NCBI RefSeq assembly: GCF_018350175.1
Contig: NC_058368.1
Coordinates: 26,104,001 to 26,168,000, forward strand
Length of the DNA stretch: 64,000 bases
Reading direction: 5' to 3'
DNA from: Felis catus
Lineage: Eukaryota
Both the position numbers and the translations under genes were made by a program. Below the pieces are notes generated by a model. It was not told where the DNA came from. It saw nothing but the letters and a program-made list of their open reading frames with translations, and did no database searches. Positions 1 to 12,711 of the stretch are shown one piece after another. Each line of letters begins with the position of its first letter. Position 1 is the stretch's first letter.

Positions 1-245
1 CCCTCACACTCCACAGGAATGTTTTCCTGGAAGGCAGAGTCAACCCCGGGGAAAACTATTCTTTCCACATACTAATGGCTTCTCAAAGTCTCCCCAGAGG
101 CACGGCCTCAGCAAGGGTTGCAGGGGGCAGGTTTCCACTTTGCCCAAAGGAGCCCCAGTCTGCCACTCATGCTGTTTGCCAAGTCCAGGGCATGTGTCCT
201 TCCCTCCGCCTCGGCTGAGTGGTCTCTGGTGGGGAGACGAAGCAT

Positions 246-294
246 GAATGTTTATGGAGTGCCCACTATGGGCCAGACCCCACAGAGTTGCTTT
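246..294 (-). mobile_element. MIR/L2 3'-end remnant
   Basis: aatgtttatggagtgcccactatgggccagacc...tgcttt resembles the reverse complement of the shared MIR/L2 3' end (recalled consensus). Confidence 0.45.
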
Positions 295-3200
295 GGTCAG
301 TTACAAACACGTCCTTCTTTCAAGCAGATGGGATCCCACATGCTAGGCATCATCTGTGGCTCTCTTGGTGGTTGGTACTCTCCGGGACCCCTCAGTCCTC
401 AGGGAGCACACACCTCATCTCCTGGCCTTGGCAGGGTTTCCCGATGGGATTTCCAAGGATCACAAGTCCTTCTGGAGGTGCCCAGTGCTGGGGGCACCTG
501 GAAATTCTTCAGCAGGACCCAGTTAACTGGTACAGCCGCACGGTTGTCTGCCCCCAACTTTGGTTTATCTCAGAGCTGACAACTGATAACTTCTTACAGC
601 AAGCTCCTCAGGGCAGGAAATATTTCCACTCACTCAAAGACACCCCTCACCTTAAAGGGGACCTAGAGGAGATCTTGTCTCTGTATTTCCCTCCAAGGGG
701 CTGCTCACAGGGCACATATGCCCAGTCTCTATACAGCAGCACGGCCAGGTGAGGCCAGCAAACCTTGTTCACCCCAGTGTGGTAACTTTGGACCTTTTTG
801 AATAATCCCTACTGATTCTGCTTGTGGGGTGGAGGAACAGCCCTCTCCATAGTCACTGTCCCAGAAACACCCCCCTGATGTTAGGGGGCCTGGACACATC
901 CTCCACATGGGCTACACCCTGGGAATACTGAGACCTTCCTCTGCTTTCATAACCCTTTTAGACAGTGGGTCCGTGGGGAGAAGGGAGGACCCAGGACTGG
1001 TCCAACCTGGTTTCTAAGGAGGACAGCCTAGAATCTACATCATGACCACTCAAGGTTTGGTGAAATTGGATCTAACCTTCCATGGTGTTTAATCAGAGAG
1101 CTGGAGGCGTGGGATAGTTAGAATCTCTGGGCAGAGAAACATCCACAACAGGCAAGTGGCCTCACGGAGGTGGGGCCTGTATGGGTCATCACGGTGGAAG
1201 CAGGCCCCTCACGGCAGCTGGGGGAAGGGAAGGATGACAAGTTCCAGCCCTCCAGAGGGAGAGGAGTATTCTGGCAAGGCGTGGGCAGATTGTTGGGCCC
1301 CAAGCCAGGCAGCTGTGGTTTGGGGCCAGGTTCCAGGGCCAGCAGGGAACTGGAGTGCCAAATGGGAGCTGAGCAGGTGCCCAGTCATATGGTAGACTTG
1401 GCCCACAGGGTGGGTTTAGACAATAATACTCGGGCTGTAGGGCACCTGGGTGTCAAAGAACTCTCCTTATATCCCTGGGTACTTGGCTTGGGACAGCAAG
1501 AGTAATCAATCCTCTGTCTCCCCACTAGTGGCCAAAGACCCCAAATTATGAAACAATAAGCTTGAATAGGACTAGCTCAGCTACCTAGCAGGATAGAGAA
1601 AGTGTGCAGCTGTCCTGGAGATATAGGATTACCTTTATCCCCATCCTCCCCCCTCCCCCTTCCCCCCGATTCTTTCTTTGAGAGGCAGCCATTCCTATAA
1701 ACTGAAACAGATGAGTTCTTGCAAAGATGGCTCATAGATTTTTTTTTATCTCTGAAATTCACACACAAAGAGGCTATAGATGATGGATATGTACATCTAT
1801 ACATACCCACAGACACACTCATGCATACGGATAGGTCTTACATACATAGTAGATGAATCCCTAAAAAGTCATATTTAAGTTCAGTTTTTATAAATAATCC
1901 CTACTTAAAATTATCAAGGCAGCATCTCTTGGTGGATCTTCCTGCTCTCTTTAATTAAATAATAGGACATATGCAGCCTAACTCTTTTTTTTTTTCCTTT
2001 TCTAGTTTTTTGCCAGGAAACTCAGAGCTGAACTTTATATTTAATTTCATTACTTCCTTAGTTTCAATCTTCTGCTAGAATAGTTTTCTTCTTTGAACCC
2101 ATTTTGTTATGTAACTTCTAGATACAGGTCCTTGATGTAATAGCTTCATGGGTATTTATCAAATGTAATTTTCAATGACTTTAGAAGTGATTAATGAGTA
2201 AGTAATAAATAAATGGGTTGAATTTTCTAGAATCTTAAAAACATGTACCAGGAAGTTCGTCAGTTGATAGATTACTAAGTTCTGGAAAAACAGAATTCTA
2301 CTGTAATGCACAATATCCTATTTTGGAACCCACCTGAATGGAGATGGGAATGTGGAATTCACCCTCTGCAGTTGCGTGTGAAAGTGGGTACCTCCGAGTT
2401 GGAAGGGATTAACCAGAAGGACCTGTTGGGGGAGGGGCCTGCCGGTCTCCATGTACGGGTGTGCTTTGCCAACATCACTCCCTTTGCACCTACTCTCTCA
2501 GCCATATTTGCAAACACACCTAGGAATGTTGGCTACATCCTCCCTGGGCAATTCGGACAAAGCTTTTGCAGTCCTTTATCTGACCTACTTGGTCAACACG
2601 GCGCCTTGACTCAAAGATATCAGGGAAGAAAAAGGCCTGCAGTGTCATTGAGTCCATTCCTCAGGGTGGGGCAGGAGGGGAAAGCAACCTGATCTGCCCC
2701 TTCCACCTCTGGGGAGAAGCGTGTGGTGAATTCTCCTCTTTATACCCAGAGCAAGCCTTCGGCACTGGCCATCTTAGGAGTGACCAATTTAGTTTCTCAT
2801 TCTGGCATCTCCCCTTTACTTATCTTCATCCTTACTGTGTTCTTGGAGACAATGTGCTGAAGCAGGAATGTGTGTTCAGAAAATCTTTCACAAACATGTC
2901 ACGGGGCCAGTAGCTGATGTGCTCCCCAGCTCTGTTAACGCCGGTCTGAAGGTGCAGGCCAAAGCTCTGCTCTGCTCAGGAGGGGCTGGCACCTGGAAGG
3001 TTCTGCTGGTCCTCGGTGCTGTGGGGTGAGTGGGGCGCACAGTACTGCCCCCAGGAGACTGAGAAGATGAGCCACTCTCTGGGCCAGTCTTCCAGGGCAG
3101 GGGGCCATTGGTGTGGAGTGAATGGCATTAAGGATCCCCACTGTGCTTGAGGCGGGGAATGGATACATGGAAGGTATCTCCCCTCTGAAGCAGCTCTTTG

Positions 3201-3403
3201 GGCAGAGTGTCATTCTCAGGCTTCATTTCATAGGTCAGAAAGGAAAAGTCCTAGGGCAACCTGGAATTGTCCTCAAATAAGCCGAGGACAGACAAGAGGG
3301 AAGGGATTCAACTTATTCTGTGCAATTATTGAGGGGCTGAACTAGTACCTATGAACACAAGTTAGAAGGAGACTGAACTGGGTTCAAAATGAGGAAAGTT
3401 TGA

Positions 3404-3558
3404 GGAGCACCTGGGTGGTTCAGTCAGTTAAGTGTCCAACTTCGGCTCAGGTCATGATCTCTTGGTGGGTAAGTTCGAGCTCCACTTCAGGCTCTCTGTT
3501 CTTAGTGCAAAGGTTGCTTCAGATCTGTCTCCCTCTCAATCTGCTCCTTCCCTGTTTG

Positions 3559-3636
<78 letters not shown>

Positions 3637-3720
3637 AGTAAATAAACATTAAAAATTTTTTTAAAAATGAAAGGCATCCTTTATTTTTTAAAAAAACACA
3701 AAAAACAAAAATCAAAAAAA
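3404..3720 (+). mobile_element. Can-SINE (SINEC) with (CA)n/(CT)n tail and extended 3' end
   Basis: Head ggagcacctgggtggttcagtcagttaag, B-box gttcgagc, (CA)n 3561-3603, AATAAA tail; TSD caaaatgaggaa(a/g)gttt at 3385-3401 and 3721-3737. Confidence 0.95.
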
Positions 3721-3775
3721 CAAAATGAGGAAGGTTTTCTATCTCTTGGGGTTGTTCAAAAGCGGATTGGATCTT

Positions 3776-3952
3776 GGGTACCTGGTGGCTCAGTTGGTTA
3801 AGCAGCCGACTTCGGCTCAGGTCATGATCTCACAGTTCGTGAGTTCGAGCCCCACACTGGGCTGTCTGCTGTCTGCACAGAATCTGCCTCTGATCCTCTG
3901 TCCCCCTCTCTCTACCTCTCTCCTACCTCTATTTCAAAAATAAACCTTAAAG
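3776..3952 (+). mobile_element. Can-SINE (SINEC)
   Basis: tRNA-like head, CT-rich body, AATAAA; imperfect TSD aaaag(c/t)ggattgg(a/g)tct at 3758-3774 and 3953-3969. Confidence 0.95.
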
Positions 3953-3968
3953 AAAAGTGGATTGGGTC

Positions 3969-4230
3969 TATCCACGGAAAAATCGATAGAGAAAATGTGG
4001 TGTATACACACAGTGGAATATCATTCATCCTCAGGACGGAAGGAAATTCTGATGCTTGCTGCAGCATGGATGAACCTTGAGGACATTGCCAAACAGAAGA
4101 TGAGGGGTTGCGTGGACGGGTGGTGGTGACGGTTGTACAAGTGAATGCACTTCACGCACCGAACTGTACTACTTACAAATAGTTAAAAGGGTAGATTTTA
4201 TGTAATGTATATTTTATCAAAATAAAAAAA
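3969..4230 (+). mobile_element. L1 (L1MB-like) 3' end fragment
   Basis: aaaatgtggtgtatacacacagtggaatat...atggatgaaccttgaggacatt...ggtggtgacggttgtaca...aactgtacactta, A-rich end. Confidence 0.85.
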
Positions 4231-4540
4231 ATTAAGTAAACACCATTGGAGATTAAAGAACCTTGTGACAGTGAATGAAAAGTGGCTATTAGCCAGCTTG
4301 TCACATTAGCACGAGTGTGTACCTCTGGTAATTGCCACTGCTTTAGTTTTGGTGACGCAGTCCCAGAGACCACAATCTAATATGGAGAGGAAGAGGCTAA
4401 TTACTCAGAGTTTTAGAGACAGTTAGAAAATAGAGGCAGGAAGGCAAGTTTCCTTAGGAAAAGGGACTCATTTGCCTTCCTCGTGTATGCTTGTGTGAGT
4501 GGCAGGGGTAAGGTACCCATTAGCTGTTGGGGTATAGCAA

Positions 4541-4730
4541 CAGGCACTGTGATGTAGAAGAAAGATTCTTTCTAGACATTTTAGGTTTTAGTTTTGTAGT
4601 TATTTAACTTCTTGGGGCTCACTTTCTGTATCTGTAAAATGGGAATAACCTCTTCTTTGCAGAAATGGAAAAGTCATATCTGAAAGTACCTACCACATAG
4701 TGATTAAATGCAAAAATGTTCATTATTATT
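4541..4730 (+). mobile_element. MIR
   Basis: Core-like ctcactttctgtatctgtaaaatgggaataa; 3' cacatagtg...aatgttcattattatt. Confidence 0.7.
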
Positions 4731-5699
4731 GGTCTCCCCGCGATATTCATTTTTTTTAAAGTTTTCTGTTTAGGACACATTTTACCATGATTTGCCTGTC
4801 AGTGATGTGGTTCTTGCCAAATTCATCTTAGCAACCGGGGGATGGAGTTGATATGCAAAACACATTATGCTAACTCTTACTGACAAGGCAATATAACCCT
4901 GTGCTATTTTGAACATCCTGGGGTGTTTTACAAAAGGAAGCGTGATTATTTGTTTTGGTTTCATTGAGACCTCTCTACGAGTCCATCAGTGGCAGAGCTG
5001 AGACCCAGCCCCTTGACCTAGGAAACCCTTGACCCCCCTGCGTGGCCCACTTAACTGTCCGCCAGCTCTCACACCTAAGCACCTGGATCAGAGACCCATC
5101 TGGAAGAGGTCCAAGAGGTACCTCATCAGCATTCTGCACCTCTGCCAAAGGACGACTGGGAGAGGAGGCCAAAGCCAACCAGGGAAAATGGAGGCTGAAA
5201 TGCTTTTTCTAACCAATCCATCAGCATTGAGGCTGTGGAGTGTTCCTCTCTCCTAGCCACCCCCATACGTGCCTGCCCGTAGTTCCCAGGGCTTAACCTG
5301 ATAGACTGGTAGAACAGAGGGAAGCTTCCACAAGGACTCAAGGAATAGAAACACTGTGAAATGTGAAACAACCACTCCACCTTGTTAACAGCACTTTGGG
5401 GCACAGAAAGGGAAATTCTGGTCTGTGTTCAAGCTAGCATGAAGTGCCTCTGCCCATTTCCCCACCCCCTCTGAGGGACATTTGGCAGCATTTGAAAGTG
5501 ACAAGACCTCGGAGGTTGCAGTTGTCCAGGCTTGGTCCCCCAGTGTTCCAGGTAGACTTTGGATTTCATCTGATCTTTACCACCTGAGGCTCAGCTGCCT
5601 CAGATGGGGTAACAGCAGCTTGTGGGGTGACAATCGTAAGTCACAATTGTAAGACATGAGCCATTTTCCCTATACTTCAATCCCATCTCGGTGTTTGAT

Positions 5700-6000
5700 A
5701 TAAAAGATTGCCTAAGCCCACTGGTGACAAAAACCCAATTAAAACTAATTTGGGTAAAAATGGGAAATTACAGGCCTTGGGAAATCTAAGGGTAAATCTA
5801 TGTAGCTGAATCAAAGAGCCCAGATCACATCCTTATGACAGTATTCTGTGCTTTCTTTTTTTCTGCACATTTCCTATGTGGTGGCCTCCATTGTCACTCT
5901 TCCTCCCTGGTAGCAGAAATGGCCACCAAGATCTCCAACTTTTTACTAGCTTCACAGCTTCAGACCATAGAGAGAACCTCTTTCTAAATCATTCCATTGT
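5700..6000 (-). mobile_element. Old MaLR LTR remnant (MLT1K/L-like)
   Basis: gtgacaaaaacccaattaaaactaatttg...aaatggccacc...agagagaacctctttc resembles old MLT1 LTRs; highly diverged. Confidence 0.4.
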
Positions 6001-6975
6001 CAGATGATTTTCCTGACACTGGTGAAACACCAAAAGTAAGATTTAGTTCCTGCCTTCAAACTTCTTTCAGTGGATGGGTTAAGCTTATGAGATCATTGGA
6101 GTTTGACTGGTTTATTAAAAAAAAAAAAAAGAAGACAATATAATTTTGAAACAGGGTGTATCTGGATATGAAGCTTCTAGAAGGGATATTGGAGAATCAC
6201 GGAACTAAGTGAATGCCACTAAGTGCCTAAATTCAAGGAGTAGGGGCTCCAGGACATGGAAGGAGAAAAAAAAGAAGGGCATTTGAGAACATTCTTGCCT
6301 CTCACAACTTTGATTATAGATCATTTCCAACAACTATAGTTAGTTCCTGGTTTCCAGATAATCATGATTTGTGGTGATCTAAACATGAAAACCACATAAA
6401 GTGTATGTGAGTGAATTGGTGAAAATCAACCTGGAACACCAAAGGTTTGACTCCACCTTCTTTTAAGGATCTGGCATGTGTCACGAAGGGGATAGAAGCC
6501 TGCTTGAGAAAAATAAAAAAAAAAAAAAGAAAAAAAGAAAAAGCATTTCTCTAACCACAGACATTCACGGTAGGGGATCAAAGACTTCTGCATCATGGCC
6601 AAAATGGAGTAACAGGGAGTGAATTCACCCTCCTGCCTTCAATAATGAGAAAACTGGACAAAATATATGAAATCATAATTTTCAGATATTAAACAACAGG
6701 CAGCATTGAACAATGACCTTGAGAGGGGATAGGAGGTGGGGGGAAGAGGTGAGTTCTACAATTGTTGCATCTTGCTACCTGGAGGCAATTTCCAGACTGC
6801 AGTTCAGGGAGGGAGGAACAGAACTCGATAGTCTCATTGCAGTGAGGAACCGGAGATCCGGGTGAAAGGAAGTTGATGGCACTAGAATTTATGGATCAGG
6901 CTGTGAGAAACGGAGCTACAGAGAGAGAGCAAGCTCCAGAGATCTGCAGAAGGGTCACTTCAAAACTTTAGCTGA

Positions 6976-7292
6976 AGTGAATTAAGTCAATCAGAGAAAG
7001 ACAAATACCATATGACTTAACTCACATGTGGAATTTCAGAAACAAAACAGATATGAACATAGTGGAAGGGGTAATAGAGAGAAAGGGAAACGAACCACAA
7101 GAGACTCTTAATGATAGAGAACAAACTATGGGTTGATGGAGGGAAGTGGGTGGGAGATGGGCTAGATGGGTGATGGGTATTAAAAAGGGCACTTGTGATG
7201 AGCACTGAATTCTGCTCCTGAAACCAATATTGTGCAGTATGTTAATCAACTAAACAAAGAAAAAACAAACAACAACAACAACAATAAAAAAC
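6976..7292 (+). mobile_element. Carnivore L1 3' end (5'-truncated)
   Basis: aagtcaatcagagaaagacaaataccatatg...gagaacaaact...gggcacttgtgatgagcactg; decayed (CAA)n/A tail; TSD actttagctga at 6965-6975 and 7293-7303. Confidence 0.9.
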
Positions 7293-7712
7293 ACTTTAGC
7301 TGAGTACTGATCTATCTACACACAAAAGGAAAGTATCTGAGAGGAAAAACCACCTGAAAGCAGCAGGCTGAACATTTTCTGGGGCTCACTTAGTAGTGGG
7401 ACTAAGTAAGTCCTGAACTAAAGGTTACACTGGACCCACCACAACAAAGCTTAAAATCAAGCCTTGTAAGGATCCAATTTCTCCCAGGTAAGTTAACCCT
7501 GTGCCATAATAAAGTTCAACACTACTTAAAAGAATACAACAAAATCCAGCAAACAATATAGAACTACAGTGTCAGGCATCTAGTAAAAAATTATCAGGCA
7601 TGCAATGAAGCAGGAAAATGTTACTCACAACGAAGAGAAAAACTGATCAATAGAAACAGACCCAGAAATTATAGAAATGACGAATTAGATAAGAACATTA
7701 AAACAGCTATTT

Positions 7713-7930
7713 TATTATATTTTATCTTTTTAAATATTTATTTATTTATTTTGAGAGAGAGACTGTGAGTAAAGGAGGGACAGAGAGAGAGAGGGAGAGA
7801 GAGAATCTCAAGCAGACTCCATGCTCCTTGTGGAGCCCAATGCAGGGCTCAAACTAATGGCCACTGGATCATGACCTGAGCCATTATCAAGAGCTGGACA
7901 CTTAACTGACTGAGCCACCCAGGCAACCCC
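7713..7930 (-). mobile_element. Can-SINE (older subfamily)
   Basis: Reverse head gactgagccacccaggcaacccc, (GA)n, T-rich tail; TSD aaa(c/t)agctatttt. Confidence 0.93.
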
Positions 7931-8407
7931 AAAATAGCTATTTTAAATATGCTACCCATGTACAAGAAAGTAGAGGAAAACAGACACAGGATGGGAAGAT
8001 AAACTGATAACATAAAAAATACCTAGATGGCACATACATAGATGAAAAATGCAATAACTGAAATGAAAAATAGTGGATGAGATTAATAGTTGATCAGATA
8101 CTGCAGAAGAAAGGATAACTGAGGTTGAAGACAGAGCAAGAGAAACTATCCACGTGGAAACAGAGAGAAAAGAGACTGAAAAAATTAAGAGAGGTTAGTG
8201 ACTTGTGGGCTATACATATATAATCCAAATACACTGTATCTGTATAATTAAAGTGCCAAGAAAATGATGTGATGAGTGGGGAGAAAATATATGAGTGGTG
8301 AAGAAACCATAAATAAAAATGTTTTAACTTTGGTGAAAACTATAAATTGACAGATTCAAGGAGGTCAACAAACACCAAGCAGAATAAGCATTACGAAAAC
8401 CATGCCA

Positions 8408-8627
8408 GGTGGTGCCTGGGTGGCTCAGTCGGTTAAGCGTCCAGCGTGGGCGCAGGTCAGGATCTCATGAATTTCGTGAATTCAAGCCCCGAGTTGAGCT
8501 CAGTGCTGACAGCTCAGAGCCTGGAGCCTGCTTCGGATTCTGTGTCTCCCTCTCTCTCCACCCCTCCCCAACTGGCAGTGTGTATTCTCTCTCTCAAAAA
8601 TAAATAAACATTAAAAAAAAAATTTAA
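8408..8627 (+). mobile_element. Can-SINE (SINEC)
   Basis: Head gcctgggtggctcagtcggttaagcg; perfect TSD gaaaaccatgcca at 8395-8407 and 8628-8640. Confidence 0.95.
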
Positions 8628-9270
8628 GAAAACCATGCCAAGACACATGATAATCAAATTGTTGAAAATCAGTGGTAAAAGAAAATCTTCAAATGCAGTC
8701 AGATGAAAAGGGACAAATCACATACCTGGAAGCAAAAATGACAAAAACGGCCGATTTCTTGTTACAAACTGTAATCCAGAAGACAATGGAGTGACATCTT
8801 TAAAGTGATAAAAGAAAAAACTGTCAATCTTGGATTTCATGCCCAGCAAAAACGTTTCAAAAATAAAAGTGAAACGAAAACTTTTCAAACGTTTCATCAC
8901 TAGAAGTTCTTCAATATAAGAAATATTAATAGAAGTTTTTTAGGTAGGATACCACACAAGAAAAGGATCTACTTAAATGACCGAAGAGTGCCAGAAATGG
9001 TAAATATGTGCATAATTTCCTTAAATGATGACTGATTGTTTAAAGCAAAAATAATCACAGTGTATTGTGAGATTCATAACACCCGTTGAAGCAAAAATGT
9101 ATGAAAAATATCACAAAGATAAGAAGGAAGAAATCAAAGTATACTGTTGTAAGATTCTTTGGCTATACTTAAAATGGAATGATATTATTTGATGTTAGAC
9201 TGTTGTAAGTTAAAAAGTGTAATGTGTCCCCTATCGGGACCAAAATAGGTTACACAAATCACGTCCTGTT

Positions 9271-9313
9271 CAAAACAAAACAAAACAAAACAAAACAAAA
9301 CAAAACAAAACAA
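9271..9313. repeat. (CAAAA)n microsatellite, 8 perfect units plus a partial
   Basis: Read directly. Confidence 0.95.
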
Positions 9314-10950
9314 CCCTCTGTAGAGCTAATTCAGTAATTTTATCATTCTCAAATTTGTGTCTTTCATTCTGGCTTTAGTTATAGTGGTATTTGTAATTTC
9401 AAAATGTAACCTGTCTCTGTAGTTCAACATCTGCTCCTGTTCTATTAAACATTGCCAAGTAACAGCAAAGGAAGTATTTTCAGCATCATGCTGGTCTCAG
9501 CAAGCTAAATTTGGTACTGTGGAATTTGTTGGTGAGGATAAACTATGTGAGAATTCCTATGCTTGAAGCAATGCTGGCGTCAGGCCATTTCTATTTAAAT
9601 GATGGGTTTGGACAAAATTGTGTTTACAAACTGATTCTGCCACTTACAAACTGTACTACCTTCTGTGGGGGGGAAACATGTAAGGTCTCTGTGACTTGGA
9701 GGTCCCACACCTCGCAAAGAGAAGAATGTATACTTCTCCTGTGCCCTCCTTTATTTACTGTAGAATGAATAAGACTTTTGGAAACTGTGATGGAAAAGTT
9801 GCTTACTTAAGAACTCACCATTCTTGTCAGAGGAGGAGAAAATAATACTGACTGACCTCATTAGTTTTTCCACCAACGTGTCTCCCTAGTCAGGACTACA
9901 CGTGGCTTATGTTTGAAACTATGAGCTTGAATAAGGTCTATTACTTGGTGCCCAGATCATTTGATAGTGGTATAACATGTTAAGTGGCACTGGACAGCTT
10001 AAAGAAGGAAGGTATATGGTTAATAAGTACACCTAGACAGAGGCACAGGCAGCCTCACTTGGGAATAAAGAACAAAGGGGATTCAGGAGATCCCGACAAT
10101 GTCCCAGTTCTGCCATTAGCTAGACCTAAAGCAAGGCCATGTGACCTCCGTGGGCCTTAGTTTCTACTTGGACCAGAGTAATGCTTCCCTAAGTGGAGTG
10201 CATACCCTTGGTGGTACAGCACATTTTTTTTTCTTTTTAATATATATAGATGTATTTTTAAAAATATAACTGTTTTAGAGAATATAACTATAGCCAACCA
10301 TAACTTTAGAAATATTATTGATTAGGATAAGTTAACACGTAAAACTCGAGTCAATATAAAAACAAATATTATGTAAACAATAGTCCATACAATACCAAGA
10401 CAGAGAAGAAAATCTGAAAAGATTATCAGTCTAAAATGCTGGGTTTAGAAATATTTTTTAAAAGCATTTATAATAGCACATAATTTGCTCATAATATTAT
10501 AAACAAAATGAGAGAAATATCCTGGCAACAGAACTGTGGAAAGTAGATATCAGATGGACTTGGGGGAACAGACCAGTTGACTCTGAAGCCAGCAGTGGGT
10601 GAGGTCGAGAGATAACCTGATTTGCATTCCAGAACCTCTGAGACACCTCAGAATTGGTAGCATCAGTTCCTTCTGGAAGCAAAGGTGGGGAAATAGGTTT
10701 GAAAACAGGACAAGTGTGCTTGACAGTCTGTTGAGGAAAGAGTAGGACACCCTCCATCAAGCTGCCTAGCCAGACACCAGCCTCTTCTCACTCAGATGGT
10801 CAGGAGACTCCACGAGGGAATTCTTCAAGAAGACGAAACTGTTGGAATACCATGGGCATCAATGCTGAGGGAAGATGTATGCAGCTCGGGGAAGTCTGGA
10901 GATACATTAGTGAAATGTGTGTCAAAAAATCTTACCAAACCATACTACTG

Positions 10951-10966
10951 TTATTTTTTATTATTT

Positions 10967-11001
<35 letters not shown>

Positions 11002-11149
11002 ATGACCAGGGGAGGGGGTAGAGGGAGAGAGAGAGATAGAGAATCTTAAGCAGTCTCCACACTCATTGTGGCCTGATCATGACCCTGGGATCATGACCTG
11101 AGCCAAATTCAAGAGTTGGACGCTCAACCAACTCAGCCACCCAAGCACC
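10951..11149 (-). mobile_element. Can-SINE (older subfamily)
   Basis: Reverse head cagccacccaagcacc, atcatgacctgagcc, long (GA)n. Confidence 0.9.
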
Positions 11150-11459
11150 GCTACCGTGCTGTGATTAACTCTGTAAAGGGTTTCCCAAGGAAAACAAAGA
11201 GCTGTGCAGACAAGGAAAACTAATCACAGTTTCCTGTTTGGCTCAGATGGTAATAATGGTTTCACCATTAAAGTCATGTCAACCGAATATTGCCTAGAAG
11301 AATGGGCAAGATGGAAAGTGGATGTGGGCAAGGAATGTTGAAATTAAACTTCATCTGAGTCCTCCATAGAAGGAAGTCAATAGATACTGCTAAAATGAAA
11401 AATAATAATAATAACTGAATATAAATCTCCAGGTTTGCTTTTAAAAATAAAGAATTGAA

Positions 11460-11638
11460 GGGTGCCTGGGTGGCTCAGTTGGTTAAGCATCGGACTCCTG
11501 ATTTCAGCTCAGGTCATGTTCTCATGGTTCATGAGTTCAAGCTCTGTGTCGGGTTCCACTCTGATAACATGGAGTCTGCTTGGGATTCTCTCTCCTCCTC
11601 TCTCTCTGCCCCTCCCCCTCTCAAAATAAATAAATTAA
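11460..11638 (+). mobile_element. Can-SINE
   Basis: Head ggggtgcctgggtggctcagttggttaag; TSD aaaaataaagaa(t/c)tgaa at 11443-11459 and 11639-11655. Confidence 0.95.
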
Positions 11639-12335
11639 AAAAATAAAGAACTGAAGGCAAATATGAAAATAATCATTTAAAAGCATTGAAAATGGTAACT
11701 TCAAGAGGTGGAGTGCAGTTTTATTTTTTGTAACAAATACTGTAGAACTATTTCATCCTTAACTATATGCAAAATAATTCTGGCACAATTTCAAAAATTC
11801 CATTTAAAAAGTTATGAAGGCATTATGCAAAGGACAGAACTTTGGAAAACACTGGCCTTGCAAGACTTTAACCTCCCAAGAATCTGTGAGTTGATTGAGA
11901 GAAATCACCACGCTCCATTGACATTTGTTTGTTGTCATGATGCCCAAGTCACAGGCATTTATTTATTTAAGTTATAGTGAATTATTCTGGGGAGACTGGT
12001 GCAGAGGATTCTAACATGGAGACATCACAAGGTTTTATCACCCACACTGGAAGTGCTTGTGACACCTGATAAACTTCAAGTACTCATTTATAAGGGTACA
12101 TTTATACATGTTTGCCTAGTAAATATGACTCCCCAACCCCGTTTCTAAGTTACAGATGATTTCTGGAATGGCTGGGATCAGGATGCGTATACCACAGCTG
12201 TAAGGCTTTACTGGTTCCGATTCATGACATTTGTTACCTTGGAAATGTGGGGAGTGGGTAGTCGTCTATCGTTAAGTGGGATAAAGCATGTAAAATACCA
12301 GGCACTGAATAAAAGTGTGTTACCTTCTCTTTCAG

Positions 12336-12711
12336 GCACCACCATGGAGAAGAAGACTAACTGGCAATCATTCAAACTAATCATTTCTTGGGTTCGTGGA
12401 ATCTGGAACCAGAGCGATGGTTGGAATGTGAAGAGCTTCTTTTATACAGCTGAGCCTGATAGCTGGAGGAGTCTAGACGTATATCAGAAGAAAGGAAAAA
12501 TTAATAGGAAATGACTAGATTTTACACCCGATCGTTTGGAACATTCCAAAACCAAGAGAAGCCTTTCTTGTCACACGTGATTTCATGATAATTAGGGCCA
12601 GCTGTGTCTGGGCAATTCAGGTCAAGCCAGATGCCAAACCCAACTGGAACACTTACAGGAAGATCCTCATCGTCAAGAACCTCCAAACATCCTGTAGAAA
12701 ATCGAAAGAAG
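12336..12711 (+). other. Candidate spliced exon containing a 56-aa small ORF (12344-12514)
   Basis: Acceptor taccttctctttcag| before 12336; Kozak caccaccATGG; donor AAG|GTAAGT after 12711; no recognisable repeat; no recognised homology. Confidence 0.3.

Larger units (their letters stand above)
6582..9233 (+). mobile_element. Ancient L1M 5' portion (5'UTR, ORF1 relic, inter-ORF), 3'-truncated and interrupted by three younger insertions
   Basis: 5'-end-like gacttctgcatcatggccaaaatggagtaacaggga; frame from 8638 translates PRHMIIKLLKISGK, matching the L1 ORF1p PRHIIIKLLK motif; many stops and frameshifts. Confidence 0.8.

Noticed and set aside
118..752. Longest ORFs in the track (153 aa and 177 aa, overlapping, + strand)
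   Set aside because: Non-ATG starts, no recognisable domain, overlap with a MIR/L2 remnant; such lengths are plausible by chance in GC-rich DNA
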